DNA of 64,000 bases from Eledone cirrhosa (lineage: Eukaryota): positions 35,216,001 to 35,280,000 of the forward strand of contig OZ024741.1 of assembly GCA_964016885.1 (NCBI GenBank). Reading direction: 5' to 3'. The first letter of the stretch is position 1, and every line of letters begins with the position of its first letter. A program made the position numbers and the translations under genes. Below the pieces are notes generated by a model that worked only from the letters and a program-made list of their open reading frames with translations, searched no databases and was not told the DNA's origin. This document shows positions 25,922-38,700 of the stretch, piece after piece.

Positions 25922-26170
25922 CCAGCGCATCAGCCTTGCCATCACCCGAGGTAACGCTGCGAGCGTGCTAGCTTGCCTAAAATATTATTTGAGGAGCTTT
26001 CCAGTGCTCCTCGCGATATTGTTATCTTTTGTTCTGGTTGTGGTTCGTTTATCCACTCCTTTTGCCTACCTTTTGTTATATGTGTATTACCTGCTGGTGA
26101 TTTTTTCTTCTTTTTTCTCTTTTTATTTGTAATATTATGGCGACGGTTATGTTGAGAAATAAAGTATTTA
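25922..26170 (+). mobile_element. CRE-like copy 4, 3' remainder and 3' UTR
   Basis: Continues RISLAITRGNAASVLACLK in frame with GAWLFQ once the LTR element and one TSD are removed; AATAAA near 26158. Confidence 0.85.
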
Positions 26171-26337
26171 TTTCGATATTTCTTGTTTTGTTTTTTTTTT
26201 ACATATATTTTGGGGCATTACATTTGTGAGGTTCCGAATATCTGAGTTTCTATTTTCATTCTGTAAGAACTATAAACAATTTGTAATGTTATTTATACTC
26301 ATTACAAAATGGAAACAAAACTTATTTAAAAGGGCAG

Positions 26338-26722
26338 TGGATTGGCAGTATCGGTAGAGGGTCGGACGCCATGCTTTCTAGTATAGTTACGTCCCATTAC
26401 GGTCTGAGTTGAAATCCCGTCGAGGTTAACTTTGCCTTCCATCCTTACGGGGTCGATAAAATAAAGTACCAGTAATGTAATGGGTAATTGCTGGCCTTGT
26501 GCCAAAAGTAGAAACATTTATTTAAAAGGACGATGGATTGGCAGTATCAGTAGAAGGTTGGACGTCATGATTTGCAGAAAAGAGTTACGCCCCTTTACGG
26601 TCTAAGTTCAAATCCCACCGAAGTTAACTTTGCTCTTTATCCTTACGGGATCGATAAAATAAAGTATCAGTAATGCATTGGAGTAATTGCTGGCCTTGTG
26701 CCAAAAAGTAGAAACAATTATT
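26338..26722 (+). mobile_element. Two tandem SINE family A copies
   Basis: 26338-26520 and 26534-26722 each match 15756-15940. Confidence 0.75.
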
Positions 26723-27225
26723 TAAAAGTTTTCAGATGAATTCATGAGTGAAGATAAGGAGGGTTTAAAAGAAAACCAAAGCAGTGTCCCCACATCTTAC
26801 GTTGGTTTATAGTTGGAATTTGTTTTTAATAAAAAAAAAAAAAATGTAAAAGTTTTGTCGCATATAAAACACATAGCACCCAAGTGAGAGAACATTTTTT
26901 TGCTACAATTCTTTTCCTGAAATCGTGTGTTGAAGCAGATATCGTTATATTTGGTAATATTAGGACAACCCGCACCAAATATAACAATATCTTTTCCTGA
27001 GTTTTTTATGCTATTCTTCCTCCACAAACACCGACACTCTTGAACATAGTCAGTTTTCAATGCAGTGGTCTGGTGGAACTATGATAATTGACTGTGTAGG
27101 ATGCAGGCCCACTATGTTACTAGATTCAATGATCCTTTTGAAACGATGTGATTTTCTGGTTGTCACTTCATTTCATTGTGACAAAAATTTGAAAATGTAA
27201 AACTCTAAAAAAATTTTTAAAGTAA

Positions 27226-27410
27226 TAATAATTGTTTCTACTTTTGACACAAGACCAGCAATTATCCCAGTGTATTACTGGTACTTTATTTTATCGACCC
27301 TGTAAGGATGAAAGGCAAAGTTAACCTCTGCGGGATTTGAACTCAGATCATAAAGGGCCGTAACTCTATGCTGAAAAGCATGGCATCCGGCCCTCTACCG
27401 ATACTGCCAG
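27226..27410 (-). mobile_element. SINE family A copy
   Basis: Close match to 1383-1567. Confidence 0.75.
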
Positions 27411-27758
27411 TAATAATAATAATGAGTAAATATTTTTCAAAGTCTGAATCTCTTATGTTTAAAACAAGAATTTAAAGGCGGTCTTACAGACAAAAAAAAC
27501 GAAGTGGTGAAAAAAAAAATTAGGCTAAAACTTAGAGATGTTCCAGTAACTTCCCAACAGTGATTTAATGGAGATTTGGTTGCTATATCTAGCAGGTTGA
27601 GAAACTGTGTAATGGCACCATCTTATTGTTAGTTCATGTTCCTTACTGAGACAATTGGTATAAAGGAGAAATCTAAAATATAGGTTTGTATCAATCTGAA
27701 CAGTTCACAAAAAATATTTTTGTTGCTCATGAAAACAAAAAGGGGGTGGGGAGGGTGA

Positions 27759-27955
27759 GCAGTTCTTACAGAGTTTGGCAGTTCTTCATGTTATTCTAAA
27801 GCTTATACTTGAGGGGGAATGGGTCTTATAGAGTTTAGCAGTGCTTCATGATATTGAGAGTATGGCAGTTTTTGATATTCAAAAGTTTATACTTGAGAGG
27901 AAGCAGTTCTTACAGAGTTTGGCAGTTTTTGATGATATTATAAAGCTTATACTTT
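27759..27955. repeat. Degenerate ~60-bp tandem repeat, about three units
   Basis: Recurring TCTTACAGAGTTTGGCAGT...AAAGCTTATACTT. Confidence 0.6.
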
Positions 27956-28074
27956 AATTATTTTATGAAATAATATAGATTTTGTAAAAATATATTATCA
28001 TTATCAAATTTAAGGGTTTTTCTTTTTTTTATAAATCTTTTATTAATATCTGGTGTTCATATCATGAAACAGAA

Positions 28075-28800
28075 TTTGGAATCGAAGGTCTGAGAGTAAA
28101 CTTAACCAAAACTAAAGTGCTAGTAAGTAGAAAAGAAGATAGGACCTGGATTCCTTCAGTGACGTGGCCCTGTTCAATATGTAGAAAAGGAGTAGGCATA
28201 TACTCTATATGATGTACACAAGAGATGTAGTGGGATAAAAGGTAGACTACCAAGAAGGGAAGACTTTGTATGTGGAAGATACACAGGAAAAATTGAGGTG
28301 AAGAGTGTCAATGATATAAACCTTTTCTAGTCACAGGAAGGATCCATAGAAGTGGTTCATAGTTTCTGCTATCTAGGTGACCTAATTAGAAGCAGAGGAG
28401 GGTGCTCTGAGGGCATGATAGCTAGAATAAGGATAGGATGGAAGAAGCTTAGAGAGCTAATCCCACTGTTGACAACAAAAGGTTTCTCCCTACATACAAA
28501 AGAATGACTGTATGACACATGTGTGTGAAGTGTGATGCTGCATCATAGTGAAACATAGGCAGTGACTGCAGAGGACATGTGTACACTGCGTTGGTACAGA
28601 CATGTGATGTGCATGGATGACAAAGGGTGCTGCAGTAGAAGAAGACCTGGGCAGAGGTGGTGAGAACTGATCTCAAATCACTGAAACTCACAGTGGAGAT
28701 GATGAAGGTACAGGTCGAGAGAAGAGATGGTGTGCTAAAAAGAATCCGTCCAACATATCCAAGCATGGAAAAACGGATGCAAAAACGTTGATGATGATTA
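28075..28800 (+). mobile_element. RTE LINE 3' fragment, degraded
   Basis: LESKGLRVNLTKTKV, WPCSICRKGVG, FCYLGD; ends ACGTTGATGATG. Confidence 0.75.
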
Positions 28801-29789
28801 TGTATCATGAATTATCAAGTTTATGGGTAAATTATGCTCCAAACACCAGCTTAATAATGATAAAGTTATATTACTAAATCCTTCCAAATTCATGATTATA
28901 TTCAAAATTATTTGAAAACCATTCTTTCATTAGAAATATAGTAATGAAAGAGATAAAGTTTTTATGTTTATTGAAAAATCTTCCATCACAATTTTATGCA
29001 AGGACTTTTGGCAAGTTATGCTCCAAACACTAAATAGATAATGAAAAAGTTAGTTATATTATTAAATCCCTCCAAATCTTTGGTTATTTTCAAAATATTT
29101 TCATTTGAAATATGGTAATGGAAGAGTTAAACATATTGTTTTTCTATTTGAAGGCCCTCTGTGACCAACGGGATTGATACTGTTGATTTTTAGCTTAAAT
29201 TGTTGCAGATCACCTCCTGCAGGAACGACATTCAGAGAGAAAATTCCAGAAAGGATGACGTTCTGGGGAGGAAGGATTGATCATAATGGTTAGTATGGGC
29301 CTTAGGAGGTTGGGCACAATATGGGTGATTAATGGAGGAGAGATGTATGCTTGAGTGGAGGTGGCATGAGATCAGCCAGATCCAAGGAGCAGAGACCATT
29401 ATAATAGTAGTAGAGAAATCAGAGAGTGAGGAGACTAATTTAACTAAATGTTTATAAACTAGTTTTAATTCCTAGTTAGAAGTGCTCCACTTCAGTTGCT
29501 AAAGCTTTATAGATAAGCTTGAGTGTCACAACTTGCCATTCCACACCAACTTGTGATTAAAAAAAGAACAATGGCAGTGCCCCAGCATAGCCCCAGCTTG
29601 TCGACTGGAACATGTAATAGAATAATAGAACAATAGAAATAAGTTATACTCAAGGAAGTATGTTTAGAAAGCGGTGAATGAAGTTTGAAAATTGAAATAG
29701 AAATAGAAGACTTTGCCATAACATTTGACTAAATAATTAGCAACAGCATCCTCATCATCATCATAATCATCATCACGATCATTGTCATC

Positions 29790-30255
29790 ATCATCACAAT
29801 CATTGTCATCATCATCATCACCAGCTCCATCATCATCATCATGTCTATTATTAATATTCATATAAATAATAGTCATTAATACTGGATTGGCAGAATCAGT
29901 AGAGCGTTGGACAACATGCTTTGGAGTATATAGTTATGTCCCTTTATATTCTGAGTTCAAATCCCACCCAGGTTAATAAGGTGTATAAATCCATTGAATG
30001 GAAAAAGATGGATATCAGTACATACTGTTGCTTTATTTTATCGACTCCGTAAAGATGAAAGGCAAAGTTAACCTGGGTGGGACTTGAACTCAGAATATAA
30101 AGGGACATAACTATATACTGCAAAGCATGTTGTCCGACGCTCTACTGATTCTGCCAATCCAGTATTAATGACTATTGTTTATATGAATATTAATAATAGA
30201 TGTGATGATGATTAAGCTGGTGATGATGATGATGACAATGATGATTATGATGATG
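29790..30255. repeat. Inverted duplication of a SINE A 5' half plus flank and (GAT)n
   Basis: 29790-29976 is the reverse complement of 30068-30255, including non-SINE flank. Confidence 0.75.
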
Positions 30256-31105
30256 TGGATGCTGCTGCTGATGATGAAGACAATAAGGATAATGATGAGG
30301 AAGTGGATGATAATGATAATGATGGTGATGATGGTGGTGATGATGGGGATGATGGTGATGATGGGGAGGAAGAGGTTCATGCAGATTGCAGAGACTGACC
30401 GTATGCTTTATAATACTTTATTAATTGACTCCCACACTTGAATTCAAGTCCAATCATGACAGTCTCAGCTTTTCATCCCAGGGTTGTGGGAATATTCAGT
30501 TATAATCCCTACTGTTTTTACAAAATGCCCTGTATAACTATTAGAAAGAACCTACTATTACTATTTCCTATTTGAAGGTGACAGAGTGTGCTAAATTAAA
30601 TTCCTTGTAATATTTTGCAGGGGTAGTGGAAGCATTTCTGAATTTGTGTGGGTGGCACATTTGGTAAATTTAGCTGTAGCAATTAGTTTAGCTGTTATCA
30701 AATATCAACCAAGATATAAAACCTCCATGCTTCCCGAGATTTGCCAACACTACACCTAATGTTTCCCCTTCACACACATACACACATGTATATCATGACT
30801 CATACACTATTCACTTCCCTGACATTTGTATATTATTCTATGTACTATACATGCACCTTTGACGAGTTGTAGTGTACCTGAGCACTTTACACAATAATTT
30901 CATTATTATAAAATACTTCGATATGTGACATGTGACTTCGAACGTAACATGTACATAAGCTGTAGCGCATATACAAATAGATGTGTTTTGGTAGTTTGGG
31001 GAGAAAAAATATAATTACTGGGGGGAACCATGCCCACCTCCATAAGTTCCTCGACTCCTGTTTAGCAATGATTTTTTTTAAGTTCAGAGTTCAAAACCTG
31101 CATTA

Positions 31106-31237
31106 GAAGGGATGGCTGAAAAGTTGAAAAGTTCATAGGCTGACTATGAAAGAATGATGCTAGGGCTGTGAAATCTTGCATGCATTAATTTCAACTCTTC
31201 TTATTGGTCAGCCTATGAACTTGTCAGCCGACCTTCA
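31106..31237. mobile_element. Mariner-like MITE
   Basis: TIR-like GAAGG..GGCTGAAAAG..TTCATAGGCTGAC / GTCAGCCTATGAACTTGTCAGCCGACCTTC with TA flanks. Confidence 0.6.
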
Positions 31238-31494
31238 TATTTTATATTTTATATACATATATATATATAGCTTCAGTTAAAGTATATGTATAATAACATT
31301 GACAACAAACTGTAATTTGTTGGATTATTATTTAATGAATAATAAACTTTGACAGAAAGGAGAATCTACCCCAAAAGCCCAGGCCATATTGCAATGCACC
31401 CTGGGAAATCTTTCTACTGTCCAGTTCAATACCAAGTCCACAGTAAATGAACACATTTAACAGTTCGTCCTTTATAAGCTTGCAGGCGATGCTC

Positions 31495-31547
<53 letters not shown>

Positions 31548-31741
31548 TCAGGTTTGAGGTTCACCACTGTATAGAGCTGGTCTATTCCGTATGGTCAATC
31601 GTAATGTAATAATATAGAGAGTACTCAACGTAAAGCAGTTCAACCGTCTTTGTTTTTGTAGTTGGTGGTGCTATTACGGAGTTAAATATTATAATGAAAT
31701 GACAGGAGGCTGGATTTGTGTAAATCCTTGAAAGGTTTATT

Positions 31742-31799
31742 ATACTATGATCATTTCAATGACCGGGTTCCGTATGAATCCGGTGATATCATCAGGTAT
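31742..31799 (-). ncRNA. Type I hammerhead ribozyme motif
   Basis: ATAC-CTGATGA-[TATCACCGGATTC ATACG GAACCCGGTCATT]-GAAA-TGATCA-TA-GTAT: core boxes, 4-bp stem I, palindromic stem III; base of stem II is imperfect. Confidence 0.7.
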
Positions 31800-33552
31800 T
31801 CGAAATATAATACGTGAATGTAATAGATAAAATCCATGGGGCTGAAAATCGAGGACCGCTATCTTGCACCTTCTACCTTAGCCGGTCGCCCTCGAGCGAC
31901 GTGGCTAAAGCTCACAGTGTGCTATTACCGGTCAGATAAAGGAAAACAGAAAGGGATGGGAACATAAGTTAGCGTTAATCTCATGCCACAAGACAAAAGA
32001 AAGAAAGAAAGGAAGGAGAGAGAAGAAGGGGGAAGGAAGAAGAAGAGAAGCCAGGGTTAATGTCAGCTATAAGAAGAATGACAGAAAGAAAGAGGGGGAA
32101 AGGTCGGTTTTACAGTCAGGCCAGGATTGTCGCGAAGAAATTTTTTTATTCTACGGGACCCGTATCTAAACAACTACAACCGGTCAGATATAGGCAAACA
32201 AAAAGGGGGAAGGAAGATAAGTCTGCGGGAGGAAGACAGAAAGAGGGGAGAAAAGAAGGAAGAAAAGGAAGAAGTAGAAGAGTAAGGGTTGATGGCTACA
32301 AGAAGGAAGATAGAAAGAAAGAGGAAGAAAGGTCGATATTAATGTCAGACTACAGTCAGGCCAGGAGTGGCGCGAGAAAATTTTCACAGGGACCCGTATC
32401 TTAGCAGAGGTGAATATAGTGGGGGTCAGTGTGTTATAATGTGTGAGCAGAAGATTGGAACGTTACGTTTTTGTTTAGACTTATAGGATGAAGTTAAAAA
32501 TTAATAATTAATATTTAATATTAAAGAAATTAGAAAATTTAAGGTTAAACAGTTTAACATTTTAAGGTTGATATATCTAATAGTTCTGATTTGATCTGTA
32601 ATTTAAAGGTACTATGTGGTGGTTAAAAACCGGCCGCGCTCCGGGCCCCCGGGGCAAATTAAACCACTCCGAGTAGTTTCATTTACCGAAAGAAGGGGAA
32701 ATTTATTTTTCCAAGCACTCAAGGTAGGCCCATGCGTCAGGGGGCTGGTCGCGCCGCCATTAAAACCCACCCAACAGTCCGACAGAAAGTTTTAAAATAT
32801 TGTTTAAATTTATAGGATGAAGTTGAAAGAATTCAGAATAACATTATAAAATTAAAGAGTAAGAAGATTGAGAATTGAACAAACAGAAAATTGAAAATCA
32901 AACATTTAAAAAAAACTTCTATAAGGTTTTGGGGTTGCGGAGTTTAATTAAAGAGAGTCTTTTATGAAGAAACGTTAATTGTATTATGTAGATCTATAAT
33001 TTATCCTAGTGGGATGTAGAGTACGGGATATAGCCGGGTAATATTTATTTTTGTTCTCAGGGGAGACATTCTAGTGTCGTGTCCTAATGGGTACAAGTGA
33101 GCAAAAGTCCCAATAGGAGGAGTAGAAATACATGGATACATAGAAGTGGAATACGTGGAAGAGCACATTGATAAAGCAAAGGTATAAATATATAAATATA
33201 AATATGTAAATAAACCAACAAGAGTGGTGTTGGAGTAAGATGGAGAAATCAGACATAGGAGAAGTACAATATAGTTCAGGTTGCAGTATTAATGTTCCCA
33301 GGGGGAGACATTCCAGTGTCGTGTGCTAAGGGTACACGCGAGTAAAAGTCCGAATAAGGGAAGTAAAAAGTACATGTATGTATAGAGGTAGAATACGTGG
33401 AAAAGCATTAATACAGCAAATAAAGATATAAATTATATTATATATATATATATATATATAAAAGGAATAGGATTTCGCTTCAAGCATAGCTTTATACAAT
33501 ATGTATAAATATTTCGTATCTCTGTATTTCTTTGGAGATACGAAATATTTAT

Positions 33553-33616
<64 letters not shown>

Positions 33617-33764
33617 AATGAGTTATATGGTTTGTTAATTTTACAACAGATTAGAAGCACTCAACAATTTTATCTGGAGTATCATTAATATTAATAAATG
33701 GAAAATATCTTTATAAAACCATATTTATTTTATATACGTATTTATTTATTTATAAAACGATATT

Positions 33765-33825
33765 TATTTTATTATACGTATTTCAAAGGTACTAATATTT
33801 AAGTACGCTTTCGTCAGATGAAATA
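33765..33825 (-). ncRNA. Type I hammerhead ribozyme motif
   Basis: TATTTCAT-CTGACGA-[AAGCGTACT TAAATATT AGTACCTTT]-GAAA-TACGTA-TA-ATAAAATA: stem I 7 of 8 pairs, palindromic stem III. Confidence 0.7.
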
Positions 33826-33964
33826 TAATATTTGGTGTTAAGATAGTGACATATCTTCATGTGAACTTAATGGTATAAGTCCAGTGACTTAAAAATAAAT
33901 ATGGTTTTATAAAGATATTTCCCATTTATTAATATTCTTAATATATATATATATATATATATAG

Positions 33965-35157
33965 GAAGGAAAATAGGGCACCGGTCCCATCTGGGAAATG
34001 ACCATGCTCAGTGTGTAGGAAAGGAGTAGGCAGAAACTCCATTTTATGTCCAAAATACAAAGTATGGGTGCATAAAAGATGTAGTGGGATCACAGTTAAG
34101 CTAACTAAGAATATAGATTTTATATGTGGCCGGTGCTCAGGTGTAATAAGTAGCAGCAAGTGCCCACAGAATACTAGCTCATTCCATTGCACAGATGGTT
34201 CTATAGAAATAGTGGACACCTTCTGTTACCTGGGTGACAAAATCAGCAGTGGGGGAGGGTGCTCTGAAAGTACAGTCGCTAGAGTCAGAACGGGATGGAA
34301 GAAGTTCAGAGAGCTTATACCACTATTGGCCGCTAAAGAGTTCTCTCTAAAAATGAAAGGCAGGCTGTATGATGCCTGTATACGAACAGCAATGTTACAT
34401 GGCAGTGAGACTTGGGCATTGTGTGCAGAGGATATACGCAGACTGGAGAGGAATGAAGCTTGCATGCTCCGCTGGATGTGTAATAGTAATATACGTGAAC
34501 AGCAAAGCATAAACGAACTAAGGGAGAAATTAGGAATAAGAGGGATCAGATGTTGTTTACTCGAGAGAAGACTACGTTGGTACGGTCACGTGATGCACAT
34601 GAAAGATGACAGCTGTATAAAAAAGTGCAGGGCGATAAAACTAGACGGTAGCCACGGAGTAGGCAGACCCACAAAAACCTGGGACAACTTGATAAATTCC
34701 GACCTCACACACTTACACCTCTCCAAGACAATGTCACTCGACCGAGATCTTTGGCGCTACACAGTAATAGAGAAGACCCGCCTTACCTAAGTACAAAGTG
34801 AAACCTACCACAGTCAGTAGGCACCTCTAACAAAAATACACCCCCGTCCCACTACCCCCACCTCATCCACACCATCCCTTTCAATGTAAAGTTATGTTGG
34901 TACCACAACATCCAGTCCAAAACAAATGAGGTCGTGTAGGTGTCACGACAAAAAAACACACAGTTCACGCTGTAATGTGGCCGTGTAGGTAACACGGTAA
35001 AAACCTCCCAGTCCACACTGTAAACGTGGTTGGTGTTAGGAAGGGCATCCAGCCGTAGAAAACCCGCCAGACAGTCCTATACGAGCAAGTCAACCAATCT
35101 TGCCCAAGTGGGAAAATTCCCGTCCAAACCCATGCAAGCATGAAAGATGGATGATGA
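33965..35157 (+). mobile_element. RTE LINE 3' portion with 3' UTR
   Basis: ORF 34011-34790 (CRKGVGRNSILC, FCYLGD, LHGSETW, RRLRWYGHV, GRPTKTW); the 3' UTR recurs at 40665-41072 on the minus strand. Confidence 0.85.
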
Positions 35158-35214
35158 TATATATATGTTATATATATATGATGATGATGATGATGATATA
35201 TATATGATATCGAC

Positions 35215-35403
35215 AGTGGATCGACTTTTTTTGTCAAATCGGACCGAGGAAACGATGTTTCCATTGGTCTTTCTAATTGCTAATACTCTCTATCGGTCGC
35301 AACTCCAGGTAGAAGGAGCAATGTGAAATAAAGTGTCTTGCCCAAGGACACAACACATCGCCTGGTCCGGCAATCAAACTCACAACCTCAAGATTGCGAA
35401 TCC

Positions 35404-35405
<2 letters not shown>
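35215..35405 (-). mobile_element. tRNA/CORE-like SINE, family C
   Basis: GTGTCCTTGGGCAAGACACTTTATTTCAC core; head and tail shared with 45745-45948. Confidence 0.6.
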
Positions 35406-35434
<29 letters not shown>

Positions 35435-35648
35435 CGTGTAGGCACCACAGAAAAAAAAAAGCACCCAGCACTCACTGTAAATGAGGTTGGTGTTAGGAAG
35501 GGCATCCAGCTGTAGAAATCAAGCCAAATCAGTTCCTGTATGAGCAAGGCATGGTCAGCCAACTGGACACTGCCCACAACAGGACAACCCGTCTAACCCA
35601 TGCTAGCGTGGAAGAATGGACGTAAAACGGTGATGATGATGATGATGA

Positions 35649-35720
<72 letters not shown>

Positions 35721-36355
35721 TTATTTATTTATTTATTTGTTTATTTATTTATTTATATGTATATATGAATGTATGTGAAGTTAAGAAAGTATGATACCAA
35801 GAAAAGCAACCAAATGCATATGGCCATACTTATACCACAACTACAATAGTTGTGGTATAAGTATGACCACATACATTTGGTCGCTTTTCATGGTGTCATA
35901 CTTTCTTAACTTTGTATTCAGTCTGGAGGAAAAAGTATCAAATTTTTGTATCTTCAAGTGCTTTGTGACTGCTTCAAACAATTTGATTAGTATCTGCTAT
36001 ATTGCGGCTACATCTTTGATTTATACATATTATTAATATATGTATGTATATTGAATGGTCCTGTTTTTTTCTCTAAATAAATATTTTTTCATTTCCACCA
36101 CTGCCCATCTCCTCAATCTTTCTATTTCTACTTTAATTTCTTAATTTCTCATTCTATTTTCTGATGAAGGACTAGTATCCAAAACATTAAGACACTTTTC
36201 CTACTATATCAAGTGTAAAACTAATAAAATATTTCTTCATTATACTGTGTCATTTTCTTTGTTATTTCGATTTGCCTTTTGCATACACACACACCTCACA
36301 CACACACCACACACACACACACACACATATATCTATATATATATATATGTGTGTA

Positions 36356-36430
36356 CAGGGTGTCCCCAAAAATGTATACACACTTCAACAGCATTCTAAT
36401 AAAGTATGTATACATTTTTTGGACACTATG
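36356..36430. mobile_element. 75-bp Tc1/mariner-type MITE
   Basis: TA|CAGGGTGTCCCCAAAAATGTATACACACTT ... AAGTATGTATACATTTTTTGGACACTATG|TA. Confidence 0.7.
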
Positions 36431-36552
36431 TATGCATATATATATAAATAGTGGAAGCTAACTAGTATCCAAGTACGACCACCTCTTAGAAAAACAGACA
36501 TTGGCAAAAACATGTTATTGATGTTGCTGTCGCAGATGTTGCCTTAGATTTC

Positions 36553-37365
36553 TCAGGAACTGACTTGCATGTCTACACAGTGTGCAGGTAAGTTTCTTGC
36601 TTGCTTGAGTTTGATTGATGGGGCATGGCATGCTTTGTGGTGCCATGTTATCCAACATGCTGATTGATACATTTTGGTACAAATGCCACATGCAAAATTA
36701 AGGTGTATGAAGTATTCAAAGGTGTTATTTCCATGAGTATAACGTCTGCTATGGCTTAGTAGCCCAGCTTTTGACATGCATACACATCTGTATTCCTCAC
36801 AGGTAAGACTCTCTTTCGAAACCTGTTCTGGGAGCAGATTAACATCACCCACATACTCAGCTGCTTACTTCATTACAGAATAGTCTCTCTGTTTCTGTCC
36901 AAATTCTTTAACACAGGTAGCAATCAGATTTCACCACTGGCCTCTGTCTGTTGCAGATTTTCCTGTTTTGGTGTTGATGTTGACCTTCTTTGAGGTATCC
37001 TTGTGTGATTTGCACTTGCAACAGCTCTTCATACAATACTTGTTTTAGGAGTCTACTGTCCTCTACATGTACTATGTAACCTGACCACTGGAGACCTTGT
37101 TTCATGATAATGGCTTCGATGCTTGGCAGACTGTCCTGCTGCAACACATCAGTGTCTGGTGTATAAGACCTGCATGAGATCTTCAGAATGAAGTGCAAAC
37201 GTTATTGGTGGAAACGGTCAAGGCACTGAATGTTGTCCATGACTCACCCCATACAGCAAGGCTGTCAGCACCCATTCTTTGTACACTTCAACTCTCATGT
37301 GCACACTGATATCTAACTGTGACCTCTGGTTCTTCTCCAGCTTACCAAAAGCATCAGAAGCTTTA
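36553..37365 (-). mobile_element. RTE/BovB-like LINE 3' ORF fragment with Cys/His-rich tail
   Basis: LDRFHQ..ILKI, DVLQ..LPSIEA..LQWSGYIV.VEDSRLLKQVLYEEL; C..C..S.AGLLSH.R motif. Confidence 0.7.
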
Positions 37366-37490
37366 CAACTTCATAACATAAAATGTTAGCTTAAATATAT
37401 TTTGCCTTTCATAATATTGGTTATATGAAGAAGATTAAATGAAGTAGACAGTATTGATTCAATTTAGCTAAAGTTGGGGTGAGGGACTGC

Positions 37491-37661
37491 AAAAAGATTT
37501 TGATCAGAAAGTTCTAGAACAGGAGAACTTTTAAAATGCCACATTTGATCTGTCATCACTTATCACAAGTAGCATATTGCTACTTGTGATAAGTGATGAC
37601 AGATCAAATGTGGCATTTTAAAAGTTCTCCTGTTCTAGAACTTTCTGATCAAAATCTTTTT
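37491..37661. repeat. Perfect hairpin palindrome, 84-bp arms with 3-nt loop
   Basis: 37491-37574 is the exact reverse complement of 37578-37661; loop TAT. Confidence 0.9.
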
Positions 37662-38622
37662 ATAAAAGACACACAAAAAAGACATGTGTTACTAGCTATC
37701 ATACTATGCTTCATTATAAATCTTTGGTAGATATATTCAGCTATATATATGACAATAAATTTAAAGTGTAAGTAATACCATTTTAGAGTTATTTCATAAA
37801 CTGGGTTTCTTGTCTGCTATATTTCAAACTGTTAGCCTAATTCAACTTTTCCTGACCATCCCTGCAAATTCAGTTGCAAACAAAAGATGCTTCCCAATTT
37901 TGGACAGAATTCAATCATTCTTTAAGATGGATTATGGTTCAAGAACAACTGTTGTTTTCACTAGCTTGTATTTCCATTGAGAAACAGACACTCATTGATT
38001 TAGAATAGCAAGAGGAATTAGATGTCAAAATATTAGAATCATTTGCTTTATAATTAAAGTGTTTGGAATATATTTTTAAATCAAGTGATTATTTTTTATA
38101 AAAATTATGCATATTTTCTTTCAAATTCAGTAAATCAGTGCCCATTCCATGCAAATTATGTTGCTGATTCTACTGTAAGAAAGCTTTTCAAATGATTTTA
38201 ATATAGAAATGCATTAAAAATCTTGTGTCTTTTCTATTAGTCCTCATCACACAAAATAATTATAGCTACAACCTACTGTATTTTTGTTTGTCAAATGTAA
38301 ATAAACTTTGTTTCATCACAATTTTCTTATTAATGCCTGTTTTGTATAGTTTCTGTCTACCAAATTTTACTCATGAAATATTAGTGTCATTCAATATGGT
38401 AGAGGTTATGAGTACAAAGTGTTGTGCAGTGTGATTAAACCTAGAATCATGTGGTTACAGAGCCCACTTATTAACCTCACAGCATTACTTACACCAATAT
38501 TAGCAACTATCAAGTCTTCTTGAAATATATGTTAATCTTTATTTAACTTAACTTTAGTACATGCTCTTGTGTTACTTTAAATAATCTGTAAACCAAAACT
38601 GCAGCCTAGGTTTAGTCTGCAT

Positions 38623-38652
38623 ATGTCTGTATGTGTCTGTTTGTGTGTGCGT

Positions 38653-38700
<48 letters not shown>

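Noticed and set aside
27759-27955. CRISPR-like repeat-spacer pattern
   Set aside because: Degenerate tandem repeat without unique spacers or cas genes, in eukaryotic DNA.
30720-30910. Possible CR1/L2-type LINE 3' end with (ATT)n tail
   Set aside because: Single short copy with no clear protein motif; not supportable from this window.
36161-36195. CTGATGAAGGACTAGTATCCAAAACATTAA, hammerhead-like
   Set aside because: GAAA box reads AAAA and stems I and III are not convincing; at best a decayed remnant.
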